A stretch of 64,000 bases of DNA from Selenomonadaceae bacterium (GCA_024698045.1 JAILRS010000033.1:1159-65158), one strand, 5' to 3'; counted from the stretch's first letter, positions 18,590 to 27,732 are shown. Notes: generated from the sequence alone by a model not told the origin. Made by a program: numbers and translations.

Positions 18590-19438
18590 TCACTTACAAT
18601 CGGCATAGATTTTTTTTGCAAGTTGAGTATTAAGCGCGTGCCCCGAAGCCGTCGCCACGATATGACAGTTCATAAAGCCGGCTAATCTCATATCGCCTAT
18701 CAAATCCAAAATTTTATGGCGAACAAGTTCATCGGGGTAATTCAATTCATTAAGCCAACCATTGTCGTTATAGACTATAACATTTTCCAAAGTACCGCCC
18801 AAACCCAAGCCCATGGATTGCAACGCGGCAATTTCCTTTTCGTAGGCGATTGTGCGCGCCGAAGCTATTTCACGTTCGTAAATCTCTTCGGTTATTTCGT
18901 AATCGCCGTACTGAATGCCGATTAACTTATGCGGATTGACCGAAACGAAACTGACGCGAAAACCATCGTAGGGCAGAGCCATGACAAAGCGTTTACCGTC
19001 TTCATCATCGACGCGATAAATTTTTTTCGGGCGAATTATTTTGCGCTCCGCATCCTGCTCAATCGTGCCGACTGATTTTATCATACGAAAGAAATCGATA
19101 GAATTTCCGTTGAGTACGGGCGGCTCCTCCGCGCTGATTTCTATTTCGCAGTTGTCTACGCCGCTGACTGAAAGAGCACTCATCAAATGTTCTACCGTGA
19201 AAACTTTTGCGCCGTTTTCCTCAAGCGTCGTCGCTCTCATTGTCGCAGTGACATTTTCCGCCGTCGCATGTATCTTCGGGCGTTCGGGTAAATCCGTCCT
19301 GACAAAAATTATTCCGCTGTCAACTTCGGCAGGTTTTATTTCAAGACTTACATCTTTTCCCGAATGCAAGCCGATTCCTATACAGGTTGTTTTATCCCTT
19401 AAAGTTTGTTGTCTCTGCAAAACATATCCCCCTTTCAA
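18590..19438 (-). CDS. lpxC: UDP-3-O-acyl-N-acetylglucosamine deacetylase
   Basis: QQTLRDKTTCIGIGLHSGKDVSLEIKPA...TTLEENGAKVFTVEHLMSAL...HKILDLIGDM...ASGHALN are LpxC motifs. Confidence 0.95.
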   Translation of the reverse strand: MKGGYVLQRQQTLRDKTTCIGIGLHSGKDVSLEIKPAEVDSGIIFVRTDLPERPKIHATAENVTATMRATTLEENGAKVFTVEHLMSALSVSGVDNCEIEISAEEPPVLNGNSIDFFRMIKSVGTIEQDAERKIIRPKKIYRVDDEDGKRFVMALPYDGFRVSFVSVNPHKLIGIQYGDYEITEEIYEREIASARTIAYEKEIAALQSMGLGLGGTLENVIVYNDNGWLNELNYPDELVRHKILDLIGDMRLAGFMNCHIVATASGHALNTQLAKKIYADCK

Positions 19439-19501
19439 AAATTCTCCGATTGATTATAGCATTAATCTTCAACAACGTCGATAATAATTTACATATTTTT
19501 T

Positions 19502-20950
19502 TCAGGTTATAACATTTATCGTCTCCAAAGTCGAATCAAACGCGCCGATAACGCGACTGCCCGAAAGTTTTTCCTGACGAATCAGCGCGACAACTTCCGC
19601 GGATATTTTTTCTCCCGGCATAATCAACGGTATACCCGGCGGATAAAAAGTTATTTCCTCCGCACATATTCGCCCGATTGATTTTTCCAATCGAATTGAT
19701 TCAACAGGTGCGTAAAATGTTTCGCGCGGACTGATTGTCGCCGAAGAAATTATTTTCGGTACGATGGGCGGCGAAAATTTTTTTATCGGGCGTTGCGGCA
19801 ATTTTTTCAGCGCGTCGATTAAAATTTCCGCTGTCTGTTCGTTATCGGCGTATGTTATCAGGAACAACAGATTTGCGACATCGGATAGTTCGCATTGTAC
19901 TTTTAACTCGTTCCGCAAAATTTTTTCCGCTTCTTGTCCCGTCAAGCCCAAATCTTGCACATTCACCGTAACTTTTGTTGTATCCAATGAAAAATTTTTT
20001 ACCGTGTCGAATGTTTTCAACCTGCGCAGATTTTTTATTGCGGCACGAATTTTTTTCGACAGATTAACCGCCGAAGAAATTTTTTCGTGTCCGTCCGTTT
20101 CCATTTGCAATCGCGCGATATCCAACGACGCCAACAATATTTGATTCGGGCTTGTCGTTTGCAAGAGACTTGCCGCGCGTTTTACCTTTTCGACGTCGAT
20201 AAAATTTTTCCGCAACATCAGCATTGAAGTTTGAGTTAACGAGCCTAAAATTTTATGCGTTGACTGTGCCGATAAATCCGCGCCGCTGTCCATCGCCGAT
20301 AAAGGTAATTCGTCGCTGAATTGCAGATGTGCGCCGTGCGCCTCGTCCACCATCAAAATTATTCCGACTTCGTGCGCCAATCGTGCAATTTCCGCAACAT
20401 CCGCGGCTACTCCGTAATAATTCGGCGACACAAGTAAAATTGCCTTTACGTTCGGGAAATTTTTTATCGCGCGTTTTACAGTCTCCGTACTAACGTTCAG
20501 CGGCACACAAAATTTTTCGTCATATTCAACCGGCAAAAATATCGGTACCGCCCCCGATAAAATCAAACCTGCTATTACCGATCGATGTGCATTTCGCGGA
20601 ATCAATATCTCGTCGCCCGCTTTGAGCGTCCCGAAAATCATTGCCTGTACCGCCGCGCTTGTCCCGTTCACTACGAATATACATTCATCCGCATGCCAAA
20701 GTTTCGCCGCCAAATTTTCCGATTCCTTTATGCAAGTGTGCGGTTCGTGTAAATCGTCCAGCTCTTCCATCAACGAAACTTCTTGCCGCAATCCTTCCGA
20801 CGTTAACAGTTCGCGCAAAAATTCATGTGCGCCCCGTCCTTGTTTATGCCCCGGCGTATGGAACGGCGTCACTTTATCTGCGGAATATTTTTTCATTGCC
20901 GATACTATCGGCGCAGATTTTTCTTTCGGAACTCTAAGCAATAATATCAA
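19502..20950 (-). CDS. Orn/Lys/Arg decarboxylase-family PLP enzyme (SpeA/YaaO-like)
   Basis: FHTPGHKQGRG near the N-terminus and STHKILGSLTQTS (PLP lysine). The long start is kept because APIVSAMKKY...FHTPGHK matches the family N-terminus; the exact start (TTG 20950 or 20941) is uncertain. Confidence 0.85.
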   Translation of the reverse strand: MILLLRVPKEKSAPIVSAMKKYSADKVTPFHTPGHKQGRGAHEFLRELLTSEGLRQEVSLMEELDDLHEPHTCIKESENLAAKLWHADECIFVVNGTSAAVQAMIFGTLKAGDEILIPRNAHRSVIAGLILSGAVPIFLPVEYDEKFCVPLNVSTETVKRAIKNFPNVKAILLVSPNYYGVAADVAEIARLAHEVGIILMVDEAHGAHLQFSDELPLSAMDSGADLSAQSTHKILGSLTQTSMLMLRKNFIDVEKVKRAASLLQTTSPNQILLASLDIARLQMETDGHEKISSAVNLSKKIRAAIKNLRRLKTFDTVKNFSLDTTKVTVNVQDLGLTGQEAEKILRNELKVQCELSDVANLLFLITYADNEQTAEILIDALKKLPQRPIKKFSPPIVPKIISSATISPRETFYAPVESIRLEKSIGRICAEEITFYPPGIPLIMPGEKISAEVVALIRQEKLSGSRVIGAFDSTLETINVIT

Positions 20951-21112
20951 TCTCCTTTATAGTCACAAGCGCGGTCGTTAACTTTAGTTGTCGAAACCTT
21001 TGCCGCCACTTTCAAAGTGACTGTGCTTTCTTGAATAACTTTAATCGTTGTGTTAATCTTTGCTTGGTTATGATTTACGATTTTAACATTAACTGTTTGG
21101 AGGATTATAACT

Positions 21113-22918
21113 TTGATTGACAACTCTAACAACGGTAATGATGAATACGCTTCCAGATTAATACCGCTTGCTTTGTTTTGCGTGCTGGTTATAACGGCAC
21201 TGATTGTGCGGATATGGTATCTGCAAATTTACGACGGAGAATATTACGCGGACTTGGCGGACGGCAACCGAATCCGAATCATCCCGACAATGGCTCCGCG
21301 CGGTACATTCTACGACAGGAACGGGCAACCGCTTGTAACGAATCGCCCGGGCTTTAGTGTTTCATTTATGCCGTTGACCGCGCCGATTTCTCCCGAAGTC
21401 GTCGACCGTGTGTCTAAACTTTTGAACGTACCCAAAGAGGAGATTGAGCAAAGAATTTCTGTTCATTACGGTTTCGATCCGATACGAATCAGTATCGATG
21501 TAAGTCAGGAGATTGTGACGATAATCGAAGAGCAAAAAAATCTTTATCCGGGTGTCGTCATTGAGGTTCAACCGATTAGAAATTACGCGCTCAAACAGGA
21601 GGGCGCACACACTTTCGGTTACGTCAGCGAAATATCCGACGCGGAACTCGAGAAAAAAAAGGAAGAGGGTTACAAGTCGGGCGATATCATCGGCAAATTC
21701 GGTCTTGAACGCGTCTACGATAAATTGATTCGCGGCGTCAACGGCGGCGAACAGGTTGAAGTAGATGTATCGGGCAAACCTGTTCAAATTCTGGGTAAAA
21801 AGGAGCCGACGCCCGGCAATGATTTGATATTGACGATTGACGGCGATTTACAAATTGCGGCTGAAAATGCTGTTGACGAGATGCTTGGTCAACTTGGTTG
21901 TCATGCGGCGGCTGCCGTCGTGCTCAATCCGCAGAACGGCGAAGTACTTGCCATGGTCAGTCGTCCCGCATTCGATCCCAATCTTTTCGCTCACGGTATT
22001 TCTTCCAAAGATTGGAACGCGATTAACAATAATCCTTATCATCCGATGGATAACAAATGTATCACGGGCGAATATCCGCCGGGCTCCACGTTTAAAATTG
22101 TCACGGGTACGGCGGCACTTGCCGAGGGAAAAGTCGCGCCCGAAGAATTGATTTTCGACAGCGGTCAACACTGGTTGGTTCCCAAAGGTAATGCGGGCGG
22201 CGAAGCTTTGGGCTGGTTGAATTTTTATGCCGCGCTGTCACATTCCGATAACGTTTACTTTTACGAGATGGGTAACAGATTGGGCGTCGATTTACTTTCC
22301 GATTACGCCAAAAAATTCGGATTGGGTTCGGTCACGGGAATTGATTTGCCTTACGAATCTCCGGGGCTTGCCGATTGGCGTCAATACAAATGGGATGTCT
22401 ACAAAGACGAATGGTATTTATCCGAAACAATGGACGCGGCTATCGGGCAAGGTTTCAATTTGTTGACACCTTTACAAGCGGCGATGGTTATGGGCGAAAT
22501 TGCCGCCAACGGTAAAAGATATAAGCCGCATTTGGTTAAACAGATTGTCACGCAGGATAAGGAAGTAGTACAGGATTTTCAGCCCGAACTTGTCGGAGAA
22601 TTGCAAGTAGAGCCGTGGGTTATCGAGCTTGTGCAATCCGCTTTGAATGATGTTACCAAAAACGGAACGGCGGCGCGTAATTTCTACGGATTCCCTTACA
22701 ACATAGCAGGCAAGACGGGTACGGCGGAAAATTCTCAAGGTATAGATCATGGCTGGTTTGTCGGCTATGGGCCTTTTGAAAATCCGACAATTTCCGTTGC
22801 GGTTATCGTTGAGCAAGGCGGTTACGGTGCAAGCTCCGCCGTGCCTATCGGGCGCAAAATCATGGAGGCGGCTTTTAATCTGCAAGTTCAACGCGGTGAG
22901 CTTGTCGCACCCAAATAA
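21113..22918 (+). CDS. mrdA: penicillin-binding protein 2 (elongation-type class B transpeptidase)
   Basis: TTG start 8 nt after GGAGG. N-terminal TM, then NRIRIIPTMAPRGTFYDRNGQPLVTNRP (PBP2-type), STFK, SHSDN (SxN) and KTGTA motifs. Confidence 0.9.
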   Translation: MIDNSNNGNDEYASRLIPLALFCVLVITALIVRIWYLQIYDGEYYADLADGNRIRIIPTMAPRGTFYDRNGQPLVTNRPGFSVSFMPLTAPISPEVVDRVSKLLNVPKEEIEQRISVHYGFDPIRISIDVSQEIVTIIEEQKNLYPGVVIEVQPIRNYALKQEGAHTFGYVSEISDAELEKKKEEGYKSGDIIGKFGLERVYDKLIRGVNGGEQVEVDVSGKPVQILGKKEPTPGNDLILTIDGDLQIAAENAVDEMLGQLGCHAAAAVVLNPQNGEVLAMVSRPAFDPNLFAHGISSKDWNAINNNPYHPMDNKCITGEYPPGSTFKIVTGTAALAEGKVAPEELIFDSGQHWLVPKGNAGGEALGWLNFYAALSHSDNVYFYEMGNRLGVDLLSDYAKKFGLGSVTGIDLPYESPGLADWRQYKWDVYKDEWYLSETMDAAIGQGFNLLTPLQAAMVMGEIAANGKRYKPHLVKQIVTQDKEVVQDFQPELVGELQVEPWVIELVQSALNDVTKNGTAARNFYGFPYNIAGKTGTAENSQGIDHGWFVGYGPFENPTISVAVIVEQGGYGASSAVPIGRKIMEAAFNLQVQRGELVAPK

Positions 22919-22945
22919 CGGACGATTAAACGACTTAAAATTTTC

Positions 22946-22974
22946 TTGTCAGCGTGAATTGTTTGTGGTTTAAT
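22946..22974 (+). promoter_or_regulatory. sigma-70-type promoter upstream of the 23055 ORF
   Basis: TTGTCA (22946-22951), 17 nt spacer, TTTAAT (22969-22974), with TG one base upstream. Confidence 0.45.
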
Positions 22975-23054
22975 GAGCACAGAAAATTTTGTTTACGATT
23001 ACTTGAAAGGTGGTGACGACGCGGCTTGTCGTTGATATTTGCCGTGTCAATCCT

Positions 23055-23678
23055 ATGAATTTGAAAGAGGCATTTCAAGCGCAAAATTCAATCGAAAAGT
23101 TATTGTCCTTCCTCGAAGATTATTTCTCTAACGGAGATAATTTGATAAGCACGACAGAAAAACATTTTCGCTCGAAAGCTGCGCAAGGTCAGCCCGATGA
23201 AAAAATAAATATCGTCACCGAGGATAAATTTCCGCCCGATAAAGTTATCGAATTCCTTTTGGTTTTGCTTGACGAACGCGAAAAACTTGCCGCGGCGGTT
23301 CACGATACAAAGGCAGCTATGAATTTCGATTTGGATTCCGCCGTTGATGTCAACAAAAAACGTCATTGCGCTATCGAAATGTTGCGCGGTCTTCGTAACT
23401 ACAAAAGTTCAAGTCTCGTCGAAAAAAATGCCGGTGTCGGTTACGTCTTCAACAACGAAGGCAATCAAACTACTTACCGTTACGATATCGAGCGCGTCAA
23501 GACCATTGACTTTGACAGAAATAAAGTTCGCAATATTGTTGCCAAACTTCAGGAGCAGGCGGATAAAGTTTCTGCGGAAATAGATGCCGCGCTTATCTCC
23601 TCGACCGTTAACTATGAATATCCCTTCGATATGCACGCGAGTAATTTGGAGATTCTCGAGGATTTTGTAAACAGATAA
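23055..23678 (+). CDS. hypothetical protein (207 aa from ATG 23055; 222 aa if GTG 23010 is used)
   Basis: MNLKEAFQAQNSIEKLLSFLEDYF... is mostly helical by composition with a beta-like middle (GVGYVFNNEGNQTTYRYDIERVKTIDF). No family recognised. No long competing ORF in another frame. Confidence 0.65.
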   Translation: MNLKEAFQAQNSIEKLLSFLEDYFSNGDNLISTTEKHFRSKAAQGQPDEKINIVTEDKFPPDKVIEFLLVLLDEREKLAAAVHDTKAAMNFDLDSAVDVNKKRHCAIEMLRGLRNYKSSSLVEKNAGVGYVFNNEGNQTTYRYDIERVKTIDFDRNKVRNIVAKLQEQADKVSAEIDAALISSTVNYEYPFDMHASNLEILEDFVNR

Positions 23679-23687
23679 ATTTTCGTT

Positions 23688-24063
23688 CGAGGTCTCGGCG
23701 GAGGGCGGAATTTTTTCGGCGGCGTCGGTTCAGATGCAGATGAACTGAGAGGCTGCATGACCTTCGGTTTCGGGTTAATGAAACTATCTTTGACGTTTGT
23801 TTACTCCTTCGGGAATGAACACCGCTTAATATTGATTGATGCGTTCACTGCGCAGGCAATCATAAATCGTTTCGACATTACCGAAAGACACAAATCGTTA
23901 ACGCGTCAAATCGTTAACACCAAAATTCTTTAGGCACAAATACGTTTCTCCGAGATTATGCCTAATGAGGCTTTTTAAAATCTTTGAGTCGTTCGGCTTT
24001 CGTTACGGGAGTCGGCGACAAATAGACAATGCCGGAAATTTTTTGCCTTCCGCCGAGACCTTG
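23688..24063 (+). ncRNA. candidate large structured RNA / leader element closed by a long helix; alternative reading is a MITE-like inverted-repeat element
   Basis: 23688-23706 pairs with 24045-24063 (19 bp). 23707-23710 pairs with 24041-24044. 23713-23720 pairs with 24031-24038. Five of the 7 arm imperfections are G-U on the + strand. Internal hairpins: 23727-23762, 23799-23820 (C-UUCG-G capped), 23833-23862, 23870-23886, 23930-23965. Confidence 0.45.
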
Positions 24064-24073
24064 AGCGATTTTT

Positions 24074-24112
24074 AGGGACTAGAGAAATTAAATTTTCTAG
24101 TCCCTTATTTAT
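24074..24112 (+). terminator. strong hairpin with U-rich tail immediately upstream of the cydA RBS
   Basis: AGGGACTAGAGAA attaaa TTTTCTAGTCCCT (13 bp, one G-U) followed by TATTTAT. The cydA RBS AAGGGGGG starts at 24113. Confidence 0.6.
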
Positions 24113-24127
24113 AAGGGGGGAAACCTT

Positions 24128-25495
24128 ATGGACGCAGTGATTTTATCGCGATTGCAGTTCGCGATAACCACAATCTATCATTTTCTTTTCGTGCCCGTGA
24201 CGTTGGGTCTTTCAATCTTCGTCGCACTGCTTGAATTGTGGTATGTCAACAGTGACAGTTACTACGAACGATTGAAACTCAAACGGCTTGTAAAATTTTT
24301 CGGGACAATCTTCCTGATAAATTTCGCAATGGGTGTCGTAACCGGTATCGTGCAAGAATTTCATTTCGGCATGAACTGGTCGGAATACTCTCGATTCATG
24401 GGCGATATCTTCGGTGCGCCTCTTGCCTTGGAGGCTCTTACGGCTTTCTTCCTTGAATCAACTTTTATCGGGCTGTGGATTTTCGGCTGGGATAAGTTGA
24501 GCGAAAAAATGCATTGCCTTTGCATTTGGATTGTAGCCTTTGGCAGTAATTTATCAGCCTTTTGGATTCTCGTCGCCAATTCTTTCATGCAACACCCTGT
24601 AGGCTACGAAATTTCAGACGGGCGTGCGGTCATGACGAGTTTCTTTGACTTGGTTACTAATCCCTACGTTTTGGGCGAATATTTCCATGCATTGTTCGCA
24701 GGAATCACTACCGCGGGATTTTTGGTTATCGTGGTCAGCGCGTGGAAAATCGCGACGGATGATATTTCACGCGAAATGTTTGTCCGTACATTGCGCCGCG
24801 CGGTTCTGTTTACCTTCTTCGGCTTATTGGGCGTCATGGGTTCCGGTCACATGCACGCGCAATATCTTGCCGAAGCCAATCCGATGAAGTTGGCATCTTT
24901 TGAAGCTCTTTGGGAGACAGAAAATCCTGCGCCGTTCGCAATCGTAGCCGATATCAATCAAAAAGAAGGTCGCAATGATTTTGAAATCACAATCCCCAAA
25001 ATGTTTACGTTCATGGTGCATAATTCTTTCAGCGGCGAAGTAAAAGGTATCAACGATTTGCAAAATGAGGCAGTTGAAAAATACGGTAGCGGTTATTATA
25101 TCCCGAATGATGTGCGCGGTATGTTTTGGAGCTTCCGCATAATGATTGCCACGGGCGGATTGATGATGCTGGTTGTCTTCGCAATGTGGTTCGTTTCGTT
25201 TTTAAAGCGCAAGTATATCAACGATTACAAATGTTACCTGAAGATGATGCCGATACTTTTGCCGATTCCGTTTATCGCAAATTCTGTCGGCTGGTATATC
25301 GCCGAGGCAGGTCGTCAACCGTGGATAGTGGTTGGTCTGCAGAAAACCGCAGTAGCCGTCAGCCCGAATTTATCCGCCGAAGAAGTTTGGTTGACTATGA
25401 TTGGTTTCACGATAATTTATTTGGCATTGGCTGTCCTCGCGGTTTTCGCGGCGGTCAAATTTATTCGGCGCACAAAAATTACGGCGGAAGAATGA
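24128..25495 (+). CDS. cydA: cytochrome bd-type quinol oxidase subunit I
   Basis: LSRLQFAITTIYHFLFVPVTLGL...EFHFGMNWS...GRQPW(I)V are CydA signatures. 455 aa. Confidence 0.96.
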   Translation: MDAVILSRLQFAITTIYHFLFVPVTLGLSIFVALLELWYVNSDSYYERLKLKRLVKFFGTIFLINFAMGVVTGIVQEFHFGMNWSEYSRFMGDIFGAPLALEALTAFFLESTFIGLWIFGWDKLSEKMHCLCIWIVAFGSNLSAFWILVANSFMQHPVGYEISDGRAVMTSFFDLVTNPYVLGEYFHALFAGITTAGFLVIVVSAWKIATDDISREMFVRTLRRAVLFTFFGLLGVMGSGHMHAQYLAEANPMKLASFEALWETENPAPFAIVADINQKEGRNDFEITIPKMFTFMVHNSFSGEVKGINDLQNEAVEKYGSGYYIPNDVRGMFWSFRIMIATGGLMMLVVFAMWFVSFLKRKYINDYKCYLKMMPILLPIPFIANSVGWYIAEAGRQPWIVVGLQKTAVAVSPNLSAEEVWLTMIGFTIIYLALAVLAVFAAVKFIRRTKITAEE

Positions 25496-25528
25496 TTCGG
25501 AAAAATTTTCCGCAAGGGAGTGAGCAAC

Positions 25529-26533
25529 ATGGATTTAAATATTATCTGGTTCGCGCTGATAACGATACTCTTCACGGGATTTTTTATCCTCGAGGGTTTT
25601 GATTACGGCGTAGGAATAATGATGATAGGTCGCCCGAGAAATGAACGCGGACAATTTATTCGCGCAATCGGTCCCGTATGGGATGGAAACGAAGTGTGGA
25701 TGATAACGGCCGGCGGCGCAACTTTCGCGGCATTTCCGCACGTTTACGCTACCATGTTCAGCACGTTTTATATCGCGTTGTTTTTGATGTTAATGGCACT
25801 GATTATGCGCGGCGTTGCCTTTGAATTGCGCGGAAAATTTCAATCGCCCGACTGGGTAAATTTATGGGACTTCGGAATTATTTTCGGCAGTTTTGTCCCC
25901 GCGTTACTTTGGGGCGTCGCGGTCGTCAATCTCCTGCGCGGCTTACCGATTGATTTCCAAATGCATTATGTCGGAACATTTTTTGACTTGCTGAATCCCT
26001 GCGCATTGCTCGGCGGAATTTTCTTCGTCCTGCTGTTTACTTTCCACGGCGCGAATTTTTTGCTGATTAAATTATCCGACAAGGGTCTGCTGCAGGAAAT
26101 AAGTCGCCAAAGTTTTAAATTGGGAATTGCCGCGCTGATTGTCTATGTACTCTTCGGAGCGGTCGCCGCCGTCGAAACGGATTTACTTGCCAAAGCTCCG
26201 ACGATTATCTTTATCTTACTGTCAATCGTCGCGCTCGTCTACGGTTGCCGCAGTGCATATATCAAATCCGGTCAATGCGCGTTCTTTTCGTCGACGCTCA
26301 GTGTTGCTATGCTGGTATTCGGATTTTTTACGGCACTGTTCCCGAGAATCATGGTCTCGAGTATAAATCCCGAATACAGTCTTGATATTTACAATGCCGC
26401 GTCAACTTCCTACACCTTGACGATTATGACGGTAGCGGCATTAATCTTCGTGCCGATTGTCCTTTGCTATCAAGCGTGGAGCTACAAAATTTTCAAGGAA
26501 CGAATCGCGCCGACCGACGTGAATTATCATTGA
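25529..26533 (+). CDS. cydB: cytochrome bd-type quinol oxidase subunit II
   Basis: Track start is GTG 25520. ATG 25529 is 8 nt after GGGAG. MDLNIIWFALITILFTGFFILEGFDYGVG...GPVWDGNEVW are CydB motifs. Confidence 0.94.
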   Translation: MDLNIIWFALITILFTGFFILEGFDYGVGIMMIGRPRNERGQFIRAIGPVWDGNEVWMITAGGATFAAFPHVYATMFSTFYIALFLMLMALIMRGVAFELRGKFQSPDWVNLWDFGIIFGSFVPALLWGVAVVNLLRGLPIDFQMHYVGTFFDLLNPCALLGGIFFVLLFTFHGANFLLIKLSDKGLLQEISRQSFKLGIAALIVYVLFGAVAAVETDLLAKAPTIIFILLSIVALVYGCRSAYIKSGQCAFFSSTLSVAMLVFGFFTALFPRIMVSSINPEYSLDIYNAASTSYTLTIMTVAALIFVPIVLCYQAWSYKIFKERIAPTDVNYH

Positions 26534-26590
26534 GTGAAACTATAACAAAATAAAGGCTTTATGTTGCAAATACTACGTTAATTTTATCGG

Positions 26591-26619
26591 TTGACAGAAA
26601 AATTTTTGATGACTATAAT
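26591..26619 (+). promoter_or_regulatory. consensus sigma-70 promoter of the cold-shock gene
   Basis: TTGACA (26591-26596), 17 nt spacer, TATAAT (26614-26619). Confidence 0.7.
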
Positions 26620-26667
26620 AAATCCTGTTAGGCAATAGAGCTTCAGATTAATTGGAGGTATTTCAAC

Positions 26668-26868
26668 ATGGCAGTTGGTAAAGTAAAATGGTTCAGCGCG
26701 GAAAAAGGATACGGATTTATCGCGCGTGAAGGCGGCGACGATGTTTTTGTACATTTCTCGGCTATTCAAAGTGACGGTTACAAAACTCTCGATGAAGGTC
26801 AGGAAGTTTCTTTCGATATCATCGAAGGCGAACGCGGACCTCAGGCGGCTAACGTTAAAAAACTTTGA
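26668..26868 (+). CDS. cspA: cold-shock protein (CspA family)
   Basis: [34 protein letters not shown] carries the RNP1/RNP2 motifs. 66 aa. Confidence 0.97.
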   Translation: MAVGKVKWFSAEKGYGFIAREGGDDVFVHFSAIQSDGYKTLDEGQEVSFDIIEGERGPQAANVKKL

Positions 26869-26918
26869 TATTGTCGCACGATAATTTTTCCACGTTGAAA
26901 GTGGTTTAGCAAAAGAAC

Positions 26919-26964
26919 GATGACTTGTTTCGGATGATTTTTTGTCGGAAACAAGTCATTTTTG
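26919..26964 (+). terminator. Rho-independent terminator after csp
   Basis: TGACTTGTTTC (16 nt loop) GAAACAAGTCA followed by TTTTTG. Confidence 0.65.
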
Positions 26965-26979
26965 ATTAGGAGGCTTGAG

Positions 26980-27732
26980 ATGAAATTTACTTCGTGGAAT
27001 GTGAACGGTCTGCGCGCAAGATTGAAGAAAGACTTTATGACGACGTTTAACAAGTTAGACGCGGATATCTTTGCCGTACAGGAAATAAAAATGCAACAGG
27101 GCGAAGCGATACTTGAGCTGAACGGCTATAAACAGATTTGGAATTACGGGGAGCGCAAAGGCTATTCGGGTACGGCAATTTTTTCGCGCGTCGAGCCTCG
27201 GGAAATTACTTACGGAATCGGCTTGAACGAATTCGACAGCGAAGGGCGTGTCATCACTTTGGATTTGGGCGATTATTTTTTCGTCAACGTCTATGTCCCG
27301 AATTCTCATAATCTCGAATGGTTAGATCGCCGTATTATTTGGGAAGACGCTTTCAGAAATTATCTGGTGTCGTTAGACGCGAAAAAGCCCGTGATAATTT
27401 GCGGCGACTTCAATGTTGCGCATGAACCTATTGATTTAAAAAATCCGTCGGCGAATCATCACAATGCAGGATTCAGCGACGAAGAACGCGGCAAATTTTC
27501 CGAACTGTTAAACGCCGGTTTTGTCGACATCTTCCGCAAATTAAATCCGACACTCACGGGCGCATATACTTGGTGGAGTTATCTACACAAGGCGCGCTTG
27601 AATAATTCGGGTTGGCGTATCGATTACTTTCTGTTATCGGAAAGACTTGTCGACAAAGTTATCACAGCGACGATTGACAGCGAAATTTTCGGTAGCGATC
27701 ATTGTCCCGTAACTTTGGAGCTGGCAGATTAA
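26980..27732 (+). CDS. xth: exodeoxyribonuclease III (AP endonuclease)
   Basis: ATG 26980 follows AGGAGG. MKFTSWNVNGLRA...DIFAVQE...GDFNVAH...WWSY...GWRIDY...SDHCPV. Confidence 0.95.
   Translation: MKFTSWNVNGLRARLKKDFMTTFNKLDADIFAVQEIKMQQGEAILELNGYKQIWNYGERKGYSGTAIFSRVEPREITYGIGLNEFDSEGRVITLDLGDYFFVNVYVPNSHNLEWLDRRIIWEDAFRNYLVSLDAKKPVIICGDFNVAHEPIDLKNPSANHHNAGFSDEERGKFSELLNAGFVDIFRKLNPTLTGAYTWWSYLHKARLNNSGWRIDYFLLSERLVDKVITATIDSEIFGSDHCPVTLELAD

Noticed and set aside
20947-21132. 61 aa minus-strand ORF in the divergent decarboxylase/mrdA intergenic region
   Set aside because: It has no RBS and overlaps the mrdA start and its SD. Its composition (Val/Lys/Thr/Asn runs) is typical of AT-rich non-coding sequence.
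23757-23933. 58 aa ORF (MTFGFGLMKLSLTFVYSFGNEHRLILIDAF...) inside the structured element
   Set aside because: It is just under the track cutoff. Its only SD-like sequence (GAGAGG) is 4 nt from the ATG, and the frame runs straight through several stable hairpins. I treat it as fortuitous. It should be rechecked if the RNA hypothesis fails.
23688-24063. Identity of the structured element as a known housekeeping RNA (RNase P, tmRNA, SRP/4.5S, 6S) or a common riboswitch
   Set aside because: I could not find the signature sequences: no GGAAAGUCCGG / ACAGAACCCGGCUUA (RNase P), no tRNA-like 3' end or tag ORF (tmRNA), no GGUCCGGAAGGAAGCAGCC (SRP), no B12 box, and no T-box motif. The size and architecture do not fit 6S either.
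23688-24063. Invertible promoter switch (fimS / Bacteroides-type) controlling cydAB
   Set aside because: Inverted repeats flanking ~340 bp upstream of a promoter-less operon fit that idea. However, I found no decent -35/-10 pair on the minus strand that would face cydA after inversion. No recombinase gene is nearby. The arm mismatches are biased toward RNA wobble pairs.
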